Source: Candidatus Uhrbacteria bacterium (GTDB lineage Bacteria > Patescibacteriota > Patescibacteriia > UBA9934 > GWF2-40-263). From it: a DNA stretch of 64,000 bases. Below, piece after piece: positions 16,768 through 26,398 of this stretch; position 1 is the first letter of the stretch; every line of letters begins with the position of its first letter. The DNA lies in assembly GCA_026395055.1 (NCBI GenBank), contig JAPLZK010000004.1:18805-82804 (forward strand), given 5' to 3'. The notes under the pieces are model-generated. The model did no database searches. It was given only the letters and a program-made list of their open reading frames with translations, and had not been told where the DNA came from. Position numbers and translations under genes: made by a program.

Positions 16768-17985
16768 ATGTGGCACACGGGATCTTTTCACCAACAACGT
16801 GAAACGGAATTTCTAGATGAAGCCTTGCGACGTGTAACAAACACGCCGGCTGTTTTTTTGTCTGCGGATGCAATTCTTTCTGGGGCGTCACAAGCAGAAC
16901 CGCTTATTGCAGAAGTGTTGCAAACTCCCCAAGACATTCGTTACCACGCGGAAGGACCGTTTGTGCATGCGCACGTGAAATCCATGCTGTGCACTATTTA
17001 TGCGATGCAAAAAGAAGAACTCCATTTGATTGATATTGAAGAATTGCGTCGTTTGAAAGGGTATGAGGGAGAGATCGAAGAACTTGAACTGACATTCAAA
17101 GAAAATATTGGCTTGTTTGAAGTATTTGCACTCATGCACGACATTGCAAAATGGACGAGTATTGTTTTTTCCGCACCAAAAGGATCCGAAGGGGATCGCT
17201 TAGGATTTAATGCACCACCCACCTACGAAATTACAACGGACGCAAAGCGTCGCGTTGAACTGCGAAGTGCCTACACAGAATTATTTCACGAGTTCGCAAA
17301 AGAACATCCAAACGAATCTGCTCGTACGTTGCAAAAACGTTTTTATGAAACGTATGAGATCGACGTTCACTATCCACATCATGACACCTTGATTTACACG
17401 CCTGTGTATCAAGCACTCCTTGATCGATTTGTTGTTACGCATCGGTTAACAGGACGCAATCGTAATTTGCTTGAGGATCTTATTGCGCATCACATGCAGT
17501 TTGGATTAGATTTTTCAGAAGTGAATCCATCGCATGTGAAGCGCACTATTTATCTTGCAGAAAAGCGGGGGTATGACGCAGAGAACTATCTTCGTCTTTC
17601 TCAAGCATGCATGTTCCTCGACATGGTTTGTGGTTCGGTGATCACCGTAAATGGTGAGCCACATCATCGTATTGCGCAGTTTGCAAATGCGCTCAAATCG
17701 GAGCATGATTATGCTCCAGAGCGTCGCATACAAAAAGAAATGCAACGAAAAACGCTAAAAAATAAAGAGCGTAATCAAGTCTTTCAACAGGTTGGGCTAG
17801 ATGGCGTTGCGTTGCTTGATTTGTTCAAAATGGATCCAGGACCAGCATTTGGAAATCTCCTTCGCCAAATTCAAGAAGCCGTTGTTGGACAAGGTTCTTT
17901 GCCAAAGGTTCCTACGTCCATCCAGGCGGAACTAGATCGCCGCATCAGTGCGTTTTATCAAACCACATTTAAGCATGGAATATGA
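16768..17985 (+). CDS. HD-domain protein (putative metal-dependent phosphohydrolase)
   Basis: H..H (YHAEGPFVHAH) followed by ALMHDIAKW gives an HD motif; 405 aa. Confidence 0.5.
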   Translation: MWHTGSFHQQRETEFLDEALRRVTNTPAVFLSADAILSGASQAEPLIAEVLQTPQDIRYHAEGPFVHAHVKSMLCTIYAMQKEELHLIDIEELRRLKGYEGEIEELELTFKENIGLFEVFALMHDIAKWTSIVFSAPKGSEGDRLGFNAPPTYEITTDAKRRVELRSAYTELFHEFAKEHPNESARTLQKRFYETYEIDVHYPHHDTLIYTPVYQALLDRFVVTHRLTGRNRNLLEDLIAHHMQFGLDFSEVNPSHVKRTIYLAEKRGYDAENYLRLSQACMFLDMVCGSVITVNGEPHHRIAQFANALKSEHDYAPERRIQKEMQRKTLKNKERNQVFQQVGLDGVALLDLFKMDPGPAFGNLLRQIQEAVVGQGSLPKVPTSIQAELDRRISAFYQTTFKHGI

Positions 17986-18527
17986 TCGCAATGATTGAGG
18001 GTGACGTCATGTACCGGGGGATTGGATTTGTGATTGTAAAATCGGGAAGCATTGGATACAAAATTATTTTGCCAGATGAAGTTGTTCAAACGTTGAATGG
18101 TTCCGTGATGCTTTATACGCACGAGACGATTCGTGACTCTGATCACGAGTTGTTCGGTCTTACAACCATTGCTGCCCTCGAACTTTTTTGGAAACTCATT
18201 ACGGTTTCCGGTGTTGGTCCAAAAAGCGCACAACGCATTGTTTTTTCAGAAGACATTGAGTCCGTAAAACGAAAAATTTCAAACGGAGACCTGACATTTC
18301 TGACCAGTATTTCCGGAATCGGAAAAAAGACGGCGCAAAAAATCATTTTAGAATTAAAGGGTGTCCTTGTGGATGAAGAATCCTCGAACGGGGGAGATGA
18401 AGATGCGATCAGTGCACTGCAAGCGCTCGGATATTCTCGTCGAGATGCAGAACAGATTTTGTCGACGGTGGAAGGAGAGACAACAGAAGAAAGAATTAAG
18501 GCAGCCTTAAAACGTTTAGGAAAATAA
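17982..18527 (+). CDS. ruvA: Holliday junction DNA helicase subunit RuvA
   Basis: OB domain I, two HhH motifs (VSGVGPKSAQRIV; ISGIGKKTAQKIILELKG) and C-terminal domain III. Confidence 0.85.
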   Translation: MIAMIEGDVMYRGIGFVIVKSGSIGYKIILPDEVVQTLNGSVMLYTHETIRDSDHELFGLTTIAALELFWKLITVSGVGPKSAQRIVFSEDIESVKRKISNGDLTFLTSISGIGKKTAQKIILELKGVLVDEESSNGGDEDAISALQALGYSRRDAEQILSTVEGETTEERIKAALKRLGK

Positions 18528-18528
18528 T

Positions 18529-19263
18529 ATGAATCGTTTTTTTCGATGTTCATATGTTCTTCGACTCCTGATGATTGGTTTTTTGGGTTTCGTCCTTGTG
18601 ACGTGGGTTCCGGTTTTCTCTTTTGAAAAAGTTCCAAGCACAGTAAACCCGCTGTACGGAGTTGTCCTTTTCATTTTTCTTTCCGGTTTTTTGATCACAC
18701 AGACCATGAGTCGTAATGCAACGCTGCAAAACAGCATTGAACTTGAACTGTCTCGCACAAGACGTATCATGCACCTTATTGAAAACATGCATGTGCAAGC
18801 GTCTTGGAAAAAGGAGGTAAAAAAACGCATCCTTGCGTATCTCCAGTTTGTTGGATCTAACAATTTTACATCCTATAAAAAATCAGACGACTTGTTTCGT
18901 GAGATGACACATGTGATTTATGCGTGCGCTCCAAAAACACGTAAGGATGAAATACTTTTTTCAGAATTATTGTGTGTGACAAGAGAGATTGCCCTTCAAC
19001 GACAAGAACTAGCGCGCGATTTACATTCTCCCATCACTTCGTACGTTTGGATCGTGTATTTCCTGGTTGGAGTGATTAATATCCTTCTCGTATTTCTTGT
19101 TCGAGATACGAGTATGCTTTCGAGTGTGTATGTCTTCCTTGTCTCCGTCATGATTTTCCTTATCGCAGATCTCTTGGTGGAATTAAACGTCCTTACAAAA
19201 TCAAAACGAAACGAGTTTCAGAATCTGTATGCAGAAAATGCTCAACGCGTTAAAAAAGAATGA
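18529..19263 (+). CDS. Hypothetical membrane protein (4-5 TM)
   Basis: Hydrophobic segments; no motifs. Confidence 0.45.
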   Translation: MNRFFRCSYVLRLLMIGFLGFVLVTWVPVFSFEKVPSTVNPLYGVVLFIFLSGFLITQTMSRNATLQNSIELELSRTRRIMHLIENMHVQASWKKEVKKRILAYLQFVGSNNFTSYKKSDDLFREMTHVIYACAPKTRKDEILFSELLCVTREIALQRQELARDLHSPITSYVWIVYFLVGVINILLVFLVRDTSMLSSVYVFLVSVMIFLIADLLVELNVLTKSKRNEFQNLYAENAQRVKKE

Positions 19264-20293
19264 GTGGGACGCGTTTGTCCTGAAATACGGCCCTCGCTCG
19301 GGCCGATTTTTGCAATCCTGGAGTTGGGGAGAATTTCAGAAATCCGCCGGGGAGGAAGTTGAACGTGTTGCATGGATGTCGGATGCAAAGGAAGTGAATG
19401 CGATCGCACAGGTTATTCGAAAAAGCATTCCACATTTTGGGACGTACGCTTACGTCCCTCGAGGTCCAATCGTCGCAAGCGCGTTCACCCCTCCTGCCAA
19501 GCCTTGCCTGCCGGCAGGCAGGGAGGGGGCGGCCGTTCGAGGCTCTGAGGAGCCCTCAGGCTCTCGAAGAGGGGAGGTTTCGATCCGGGATGTTGCCGCT
19601 CATGATCTATTTATTCGAGCTGAATCTGCTTTTGAATCTGACCACTCCCAACCCCTCCTTGTGAAGGAGGGGGGATTGCGCACTACATCTACACAACCTA
19701 CGCATACCCTCATTACAAATCTTTCAATTTCGACCGACGAGCTTCTTGCAAACATGCATGAGAAGACGCGATACAATATTCGTCTCGCAGAAAAGAAAGG
19801 GGTTGTGATCGAAATCGGGACCGCAACAATCGATGATGTCTGGCCTGTCTTTGAAGCGACGGCATCACGTGATGCATTTCGATTACATGGAAAAGAATAT
19901 TATCGAAAGATGATTGCGTGTGGAGTTGCTTTCCTCGCGATCGCAAAACAGGAGAACGATATTCTTGCGGCAAACATCATGATCGATTTTGGTGGCACAC
20001 GAACATATCTTCATGGCGCGTCATCGAATGTGAAACGAAACATGATGGCTCCATACCTGTTGCACTGGGAGTTAATGAAAGACGCACAATCTCGAAAGAT
20101 ACAATTCTATGACTGGTGGGGCGTTGCGCCGATTGATGTGTCCGCGAATCACGCTTGGGCTGGGATCTCCAGATTCAAGCGTGGGTTTGGGGGAGAAAAT
20201 GTTTCTTATCCGGATGGAGTGGATGTGGTGTTGAAAAGGTTTCAATATACGCTTTATACAATGGTTCGAAAACTACGCAGAGGATTCAGATAA
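19229..20293 (+). CDS. FemAB-family (peptidoglycan interpeptide-bridge aminoacyltransferase-like) protein carrying a ~70-aa in-frame palindrome-derived insertion
   Basis: FemAB-like N-terminus (WDAFV..QSWSWGEF) and core. Residues from about 19490-19700 are encoded by palindromic elements A and B (PCLPAGR ... PLLVKEGG). Confidence 0.55.
   Translation: MQKMLNALKKNEWDAFVLKYGPRSGRFLQSWSWGEFQKSAGEEVERVAWMSDAKEVNAIAQVIRKSIPHFGTYAYVPRGPIVASAFTPPAKPCLPAGREGAAVRGSEEPSGSRRGEVSIRDVAAHDLFIRAESAFESDHSQPLLVKEGGLRTTSTQPTHTLITNLSISTDELLANMHEKTRYNIRLAEKKGVVIEIGTATIDDVWPVFEATASRDAFRLHGKEYYRKMIACGVAFLAIAKQENDILAANIMIDFGGTRTYLHGASSNVKRNMMAPYLLHWELMKDAQSRKIQFYDWWGVAPIDVSANHAWAGISRFKRGFGGENVSYPDGVDVVLKRFQYTLYTMVRKLRRGFR
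19501..19523. repeat. Palindromic element A, copy 2 (inside the FemAB-family CDS, in frame)
   Basis: GCCTTGCCTGCCGGCAGGCAGGG. Confidence 0.85.
19652..19674. repeat. Palindromic element B, copy 2 (inside the FemAB-family CDS; translates as PLLVKEGG)
   Basis: CCCCTCCTT-gtg-AAGGAGGGGGG. Confidence 0.85.
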
Positions 20294-20294
20294 A

Positions 20295-20318
20295 GAAGTC
20301 GACTCGACTTCTTTTTTG
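20295..20318 (+). terminator. Intrinsic terminator after the FemAB-family gene
   Basis: GAAGTC-gactc-GACTTC plus a T6 run. Confidence 0.65.
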
Positions 20319-20372
20319 ATCTGGTGTATTGTCTTCGTGTGCTTGTCACACTTACCTTAAACGAGGTTCCTT

Positions 20373-21539
20373 ATGTCCATGCAAGTCATTCATGTCCCAA
20401 ACACGCCGCCGGAAACCTTCTCAAAAAGCTTGTTTCTTGCTGGTCCGTCACCGCGCGATTCTGCGCATTATGATTGGCGACCGGAAGCCCTCAAGATTCT
20501 TGAAGAGCTCGGATATGACGGTGTCGTCTTTGTTCCGCTTCCGGTGGATCACAGCGATTGGCGTCATGGATTTGATGCGCAAGTGGATTGGGAAAAGAAG
20601 TATTTGGACATGTGTGACGTTGTGGTCTTTTGGATTCCGCGTGATTTGAAAACATTGCCGGCACTCACCACAAATGTGGAGTTCGGAATGTATTTTGAAT
20701 CTGGAAAAGTCGTTCTTGGCTATCCAGAAACCGCGACCAACATGCGATACATTTCTTCGCATGCGGAGAAACAACATATTCCACAGTTTCGTGATTTGCG
20801 TGAAACACTTGCGTGCGCTCTCGAGCGCATCGGGGAAGGCGCACTGCGAATCGGTGGTGAACGTGAAGTTCCGCTTCATATCTGGAAGATGAAATCGTTT
20901 CAGGCGTGGATGATGGCACAGAAAGCGGCGGGAAATCGTTTGGATGGCGCGCATCTTCTTTGGAATTTTCGTGTCGATCCGACAAAAGATCTGGTCTTTG
21001 CGTATGCACTTCGTGTGAACGTGTACATTGCGCGCGAGCATCGCAACAAGACAAACGAGTTCATTCTTTCTCGTCCAGACATCTCGTCGATCGTTGCATA
21101 TCATCGAACGACCGAGAATATTCTCGACGCAGAGATCGCGATTGTGCGTGAGTTTCGCTCGCCCGCATCGCTCGGTGACTGCTACATCCAGGAAGTCCCG
21201 GGTGGATCTTCTTGGAAGATTGAAGAAGACGCGTTCGAGACAGCGGCACACGAGCTCTCCGAAGAAACAGGATTCTCTGTTGCTTCGAAACGCCTGAAGT
21301 TTCTTGGTGCGCGCCAAGTTGCAGGAACGCTCTCAACGCACCTCGCGCACATGTTCGCCTGTGAGATCACTGCGGAAGAGATCGCTTACTTGCGCTCGCA
21401 AGATGGCGTCGCACATGGCGTGATCGAAGACACGGAACGAACGTACGTCGAGATCTACACCGTTCGACAACTTCTCGCGCGTCCGCTCACAGACTGGGCG
21501 AACCTTGGGATGATTCTGACAGCACTGCTGTCGGAGTAA
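20373..21539 (+). CDS. Fusion protein: nucleoside 2-deoxyribosyltransferase-like (Rcl/DNPH1-like) N-domain + C-terminal Nudix hydrolase
   Basis: LFLAGPSPRD...DMCDVVVFWIPRD...VEFGMYFESGKVVLGYP resembles the Rcl/NDT fold; Nudix box GSSWKIEEDAFETAAHELSEETGF. Confidence 0.55.
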   Translation: MSMQVIHVPNTPPETFSKSLFLAGPSPRDSAHYDWRPEALKILEELGYDGVVFVPLPVDHSDWRHGFDAQVDWEKKYLDMCDVVVFWIPRDLKTLPALTTNVEFGMYFESGKVVLGYPETATNMRYISSHAEKQHIPQFRDLRETLACALERIGEGALRIGGEREVPLHIWKMKSFQAWMMAQKAAGNRLDGAHLLWNFRVDPTKDLVFAYALRVNVYIAREHRNKTNEFILSRPDISSIVAYHRTTENILDAEIAIVREFRSPASLGDCYIQEVPGGSSWKIEEDAFETAAHELSEETGFSVASKRLKFLGARQVAGTLSTHLAHMFACEITAEEIAYLRSQDGVAHGVIEDTERTYVEIYTVRQLLARPLTDWANLGMILTALLSE

Positions 21540-21544
21540 GACGT

Positions 21545-21570
21545 AAGAAGCCAACATGGCTTCTTTTTTG
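21545..21570 (+). terminator. Intrinsic terminator
   Basis: AAGAAGCCA-aca-TGGCTTCTT plus a T-run. Confidence 0.7.
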
Positions 21571-21653
21571 TTCTCATGCATTGACGCAAGGCTCTTTTCC
21601 TGTTACATTCCCGCCTCGGGGATGGCTCGATGTTCTTTGGAAAAAGGAGTGCG

Positions 21654-21944
21654 ATGACACGCGAAGATGTGGCAAAGAAGATCCACTGGAGATATGTGAT
21701 TGGGTTTATGGGAATGACGAATGTTGTGGCGATTTTGCCGCAGCTCATCAAAGTGCTTGAGACGCACCAAACCAAGGACTTGTCCTTGGTCATGTTCTCA
21801 ACCATTCTTGCAATCCAGATTGCGTTTTCTGCGGACGGATTTTTCACCCGCAACAGAACGCTTTTTCTGAGCAACGCATGCGCGGCATGTTGTAACGCAT
21901 CGCTCATTTCTTTGGTCATGTACTTTCGGTCTTTCAACTCGTAG
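21654..21944 (+). CDS. PQ-loop / SemiSWEET-like small membrane transporter
   Basis: PQLIKVLETH PQ motif in a roughly 97-aa 3-TM protein; AAAGGAG SD. Confidence 0.5.
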   Translation: MTREDVAKKIHWRYVIGFMGMTNVVAILPQLIKVLETHQTKDLSLVMFSTILAIQIAFSADGFFTRNRTLFLSNACAACCNASLISLVMYFRSFNS

Positions 21945-22024
21945 GAGAAAACATGCTGCATTGGTTTAAGGTGTTGTTGCGAATGATTTGCATGCGTGTC
22001 CCATTCCTTCGTCCGTTTCTTGGA

Positions 22025-22741
22025 ATGCCCATGCTCCTTGTGTTCATTCGACACGCACAGTCGGTGAACAATAAGGCGTATGCCGGCAAAGTGTTTTTGG
22101 AAGCACATGATCAGGTTGCAAATGGGCATCGCCTTCCGGATCATCGTATTCCGCTTTCGGAAGAAGGGGAGTTTCAAGCGATCCAGAGCGGTCCGTTTCT
22201 ACGCATGAAGTTTGGCACACCAGACGCGGTGATCCATTCGGGACACGTGCGAACGCGTCAAACTTTGCATGGAATCATGGGGGCGTACGGTGGCGCGCAC
22301 ATTCCGATTCGCGAAGATCGCTTGTGGCGTGAGCGCGAAGGGGGGCACACGTACCTCATGTCGCGCGCGGAAGTGGAAGAAAACTTTCCCTATCAGCAGC
22401 CGTATTGGAATCTGGTGGGAGACTATTACGCACGCCCGGCTGGAGGCGAAAGTCTCGCAGATGTTCTTGAGAAAAGACTCACGCTCGCATTCGCGGATCT
22501 CTACAAACGGTTCGCAGGCAAGCGCGTGTTCATCTTCACACATGGTCGTGTGATCCAGTGCGCGCGAGCGTATCTTGATGAACTCACCCTTGAACAGTTC
22601 GAGGCGTATCTCAAATTTGTAGACGACGCCCCCAAGAACTGCTCCATCATGGTTTATAAGTACGACCCACACTTTGGTAGACTTGTGCTCGATGAGTACA
22701 ACACGGTTTGTTCAGAACCCTCTCAAGCGTTTGATCTATAA
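22025..22741 (+). CDS. Histidine phosphatase superfamily protein (phosphoglycerate mutase-like)
   Basis: LVFIRHAQS (RHG-type motif) and a downstream FTHGRV His. Confidence 0.5.
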   Translation: MPMLLVFIRHAQSVNNKAYAGKVFLEAHDQVANGHRLPDHRIPLSEEGEFQAIQSGPFLRMKFGTPDAVIHSGHVRTRQTLHGIMGAYGGAHIPIREDRLWREREGGHTYLMSRAEVEENFPYQQPYWNLVGDYYARPAGGESLADVLEKRLTLAFADLYKRFAGKRVFIFTHGRVIQCARAYLDELTLEQFEAYLKFVDDAPKNCSIMVYKYDPHFGRLVLDEYNTVCSEPSQAFDL

Positions 22742-22897
22742 GATCAACGCTTTTTTCTTTGAAAATTGGCGTTTTATTCCCTTTGTCTCTTGACAAAACG
22801 CCATTTTTCTGATAATTTATTGCGTTATCGAGCATGTGTTTCGATACGTTTTTTCGCACGGGGCGAAGAATTTCCTGCAGATAAGGAGACCTCTCAG

Positions 22898-23935
22898 ATG
22901 GCAAAGAAGACGTTTGGCCCCCTCGCACTTGTGTTCAAGCTTGGCCCGAAAATCGGAGCTGTGTGCTTGAAGCTTTTGAAGGGATTGAAGATCGGAAAGA
23001 TCGGTCTTGCCGCGGCATCGCTCGCGGCGTACTCCTACGTACTTACGTGGCAGTTCGCGTGTCTCATTCTGTTCATGCTGTTCGTTCACGAAAGTGGGCA
23101 CATCTGGGCGATGAAACGCTGTGGCATGCACACTAAAGGCATTTATTTCATTCCGTTCTTCGGCGCTGCTGCTGTAACGGATGAATCATTCAACTCGCGC
23201 AACGAAGAATCGTTCATTGCCATCATGGGACCGATTTGGGGGCTCGCCCTCTCGTTTCTCACCGCTCTCGTGTACGTCGCAACGGACAATCCGTTCTTTG
23301 CGGCCGCCGCAAGCTGGATGGCGATGGTGAATCTCTTTAATCTGCTGCCCATCAATCCGCTCGATGGCGGACGCATTCTGAAGTCGATTGCCTTTTCTGT
23401 GCACTCGCACCTCGGTTACGTCTTCCTTGGTGTTGGTGTGCTTGCAGCCGGCATTCTTGCCTACACGATGCATGTTGGATTGTTCGTCTTTCTCCTGATC
23501 GTCGGGGCTCTTGAGCTGTTGGGAGATTTGTGGAAGCAGCAGAAGACGGAACGGCCTGTGAAGAGTTTCGAACTCGGCGAACGTGCGCGCATTGGGATGT
23601 TCATGGAAGAGTTTTACGCAGGCGTTGAAGATGGGATTGCAAAAAGTCCTGATCTCTCCCGGCGCGAAGCAGAGATCCACCGAGATGAGCAACGCGAAGA
23701 GGGAGAAGCCATTCGCACGCGCATGCTCGAGAAGTTGCAGGAGGATTTGAACGTACGGCGTTCAAAGATGACTGCAGGCACGCATGTCATGCCTCCCATG
23801 ACCACGCGTCAGATCATCTGGGCGTCGTTCCTTTTCATTGCTGTTGCGGGGGTCCTCTACGGCATCATGAGCAGCATGAATCACGTTCCGGGTGCCGCGG
23901 CTGCGATGGAGATTCTCAAAGATCAGCCGTCGTAA
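22898..23935 (+). CDS. M50-family (site-2 protease-like) membrane metalloprotease
   Basis: HESGH (HExxH) in a TM helix and NLLPINPLDGGRIL (LDG motif); AAGGAGA SD. Confidence 0.65.
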   Translation: MAKKTFGPLALVFKLGPKIGAVCLKLLKGLKIGKIGLAAASLAAYSYVLTWQFACLILFMLFVHESGHIWAMKRCGMHTKGIYFIPFFGAAAVTDESFNSRNEESFIAIMGPIWGLALSFLTALVYVATDNPFFAAAASWMAMVNLFNLLPINPLDGGRILKSIAFSVHSHLGYVFLGVGVLAAGILAYTMHVGLFVFLLIVGALELLGDLWKQQKTERPVKSFELGERARIGMFMEEFYAGVEDGIAKSPDLSRREAEIHRDEQREEGEAIRTRMLEKLQEDLNVRRSKMTAGTHVMPPMTTRQIIWASFLFIAVAGVLYGIMSSMNHVPGAAAAMEILKDQPS

Positions 23936-23946
23936 GATAGATTCTA

Positions 23947-23976
23947 ACGGTCTCCATATGGAGCCGTTTTTTTATC
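23947..23976 (+). terminator. Intrinsic terminator
   Basis: CGGTCTCCAT/ATGGAGCCG hairpin plus a T7 run. Confidence 0.65.
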
Positions 23977-24007
23977 CACACAATACCGTTGACAAACTGG
24001 ATTTTTT

Positions 24008-24463
24008 TTGATGAACTTAACGTATGAACTCCCTAGATTAAATTTCTTGGGAGTTTTATTTTTTATGCTTCACGACCACATCAAGAAAATTATTGAATGG
24101 ACAAAATTAAAAGTTCGGCTGCATATTGCGGCAGATCGGGATTTGTATTTTCGTGAGCGAGAGGTTTGGTGGACGAGTCTTGGCGCAAATATTGGAGACG
24201 AACAGAACGGAAAACATGATCAATTCGAAAGGCCTGTGTTGATTATTAAAAAGTTTGGGCGAAATACATTTTGCGGCCTGCCACTTTCTTCGCGGACAAA
24301 AGTTGGTCCTTATTATTCCGCGTTTAGAATGGGGAATACGATGGAAACCGTTATTTTTTCTCAGATACGAACAATGAGCTGTAGGCGGTTGCTCAGAAAA
24401 ATGGGTATGTGTTCAGTGGAAGACTTTTCAAAGATCATTTCAATTCTTAAGAATATCTTTTAA
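24008..24463 (+). CDS. PemK/MazF-family toxin-like protein (mRNA interferase fold), no adjacent antitoxin seen
   Basis: REVWWTSLGANIGDEQNGKHDQFERPVLIIKKF...GLPLSSRTK matches the MazF/PemK GxIWxxxF....RPxLVxS....PxTS pattern. An alternative start is at 24065. Confidence 0.5.
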   Translation: MMNLTYELPRLNFLGVLFFMLHDHIKKIIEWTKLKVRLHIAADRDLYFREREVWWTSLGANIGDEQNGKHDQFERPVLIIKKFGRNTFCGLPLSSRTKVGPYYSAFRMGNTMETVIFSQIRTMSCRRLLRKMGMCSVEDFSKIISILKNIF

Positions 24464-24571
24464 AAAAAGCGATACCGCCCTCTTGCGAAGGCGGTATCTC
24501 GGAGCTTCCGTATAGGACGGATGCCAGTTATGAAAATAGATTAACATTCGAAATCGATCTTGTCAATTGTT

Positions 24572-26398
24572 CTATTTCTTTACCGTCCCTTTTCCACTCG
24601 CGAATTCATCGGTCGATAAATTTGTTGTGAGTGCGTCCGCGGTCTTTGTAATCGTTTGCGACGTGCTTGCATCTTTTGCATTCATCGTCGATGAGGTTGT
24701 GAGTGGCATCGATGTATCTACATCGGATGCGGCTGGCTTCACCGAGACTTCAAACCAGGCGCCTGCTTGGGGAATAGAGGTTGGAAGTTTTGGAATGATC
24801 CAAGTGATAATATCTTTTTTGTATGTGATAGTTCCGATATCTGTTGAACTTTTGTTTGTCCATAGGACATTTGCTGGAATCGCTGTTGTCACAGCGACAC
24901 CTGAGAGATCATGAAGCGCATTCGTGATATTCCAGTACACACGATACGTTGTTGTTTTTCCAACGGTTGGTGGAAGAGGTCCTGTTCCAACAGGTGTTCC
25001 TTCTGTCGTGAAATAGCGTGCTTCACTTGTGAATCCTGTTTGTGCGTTGATGGAGATGAGGATTGGCGTTGAGGAAATAGATTTTGCGCCGCCCGTTTCT
25101 CCCAGGGATCCAATGTGTGACGTAAGCGTCATCGTGAAATGATCGGACGTGTTTGACCCGGTTGAAAGAGGAAGCGTGAAATCGAGAATGCCGGAGTCGT
25201 TTGGCTTCAGTTGTTTGAGAGAACTCAAACTCGATTTATCCCACACGATCTGGTTTCCATTTTGTTTTCCGCTGTGGAGATCCGCATGTGCCCAATCGAT
25301 CGGAAGTTTTCCTGTGCTATCAAGGGCGAGGGTAAATGAAACGTCTTGTGCGGTGTCTTTTGCTTGATTGGTGAAATCAATGGAACCATGAAGAGATTTT
25401 CCCGGATCAATGGTTTGATCTGTGTTTGATCCGTTTACAATCAGGTGAAAGGCAATCGAGCCTCCTTGCATGCTTGTTGTCACGTTTGCGTCTTTTTGTT
25501 TGAGATAAACGTTGTCAGAAACGAATCCAACGTTTGCGCCAACAGACTGATCTCCCGTAGCTGACGCGGTGTAGGATCCTTTGACGGTAAATGTTTTTGG
25601 TTGATTTGGGTCTAAGGATGCAAGGTTCCAATAACTTTGTCCGTTTTCAAAGGCGGGATCTGTTCCGCTTACAGTGAAGTTTTGTGGAAGCACAGGTATG
25701 ACGCGTAGATTTTGTACGGGATCTTTTTGTGCATGTCCGACCGAGATCACATATTGCACTTGGTCTCCAGGGAGTGCGTGGTCTGGTCCGTTCAGGGTCA
25801 TCTGAAGAACGGAGTCATTTACATTTACATCCAGTGTTTGAATGGTTTGAAAGGATGAGTTGAAGTTTGCGGGTTTGTAGGTGAAGAGCGCTTGGAGTTT
25901 TTCTGTGGAAGGAACTTCCGCAAGGAATGTTCCGTTGATGGTGATCATTCCGTCAGATTTTGGTGTGAGGGATCCAATCGTCCAGACATTTTTATCATTT
26001 GCTTCTGGTGTAGAAGTGGTGAGATGAAAGTCTGGAGGAAGGCTTGCCGCGAGTTCGAGGGTTGCCATGGGGACGTCGCCCGTATTTTCGTAGCGGATAG
26101 TGTAAGTCACGGCATCACCAGCCTTCACTTCTTGTGGTCCATCGATTTTAACCGAGAGTTGATCTTGTTTTTGAATGAATCCTTTTGAGAAGAAAAAGAA
26201 TCCCGTCCAAGCGACCGCAGAGAGGACAAGGAGTAATAAAATCCCTCGAACCAAAAAACGATGAAGACCTGATTTTTTTCTGGAAGAGAGTTTGCTCATA
26301 TCTGGGATAGATCCATCTGCGCGTTCATAGATGGCGCGTAAATCGGTGCGCACATCGCGCGCGGATGTTTTTGGTTTGGGGGGTCGTTTGTCGATCAT
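24572..26398 (-). CDS. Large membrane-anchored surface protein with DUF11-like repeat domains
   Basis: N-terminal TM anchor (GILLLLVLSAVAWTGFFFF); repeated beta-rich segments of the type VTYTIRYENTGDVP and DQVQYVISVG. Confidence 0.4.
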   Translation of the reverse strand: MIDKRPPKPKTSARDVRTDLRAIYERADGSIPDMSKLSSRKKSGLHRFLVRGILLLLVLSAVAWTGFFFFSKGFIQKQDQLSVKIDGPQEVKAGDAVTYTIRYENTGDVPMATLELAASLPPDFHLTTSTPEANDKNVWTIGSLTPKSDGMITINGTFLAEVPSTEKLQALFTYKPANFNSSFQTIQTLDVNVNDSVLQMTLNGPDHALPGDQVQYVISVGHAQKDPVQNLRVIPVLPQNFTVSGTDPAFENGQSYWNLASLDPNQPKTFTVKGSYTASATGDQSVGANVGFVSDNVYLKQKDANVTTSMQGGSIAFHLIVNGSNTDQTIDPGKSLHGSIDFTNQAKDTAQDVSFTLALDSTGKLPIDWAHADLHSGKQNGNQIVWDKSSLSSLKQLKPNDSGILDFTLPLSTGSNTSDHFTMTLTSHIGSLGETGGAKSISSTPILISINAQTGFTSEARYFTTEGTPVGTGPLPPTVGKTTTYRVYWNITNALHDLSGVAVTTAIPANVLWTNKSSTDIGTITYKKDIITWIIPKLPTSIPQAGAWFEVSVKPAASDVDTSMPLTTSSTMNAKDASTSQTITKTADALTTNLSTDEFASGKGTVKK

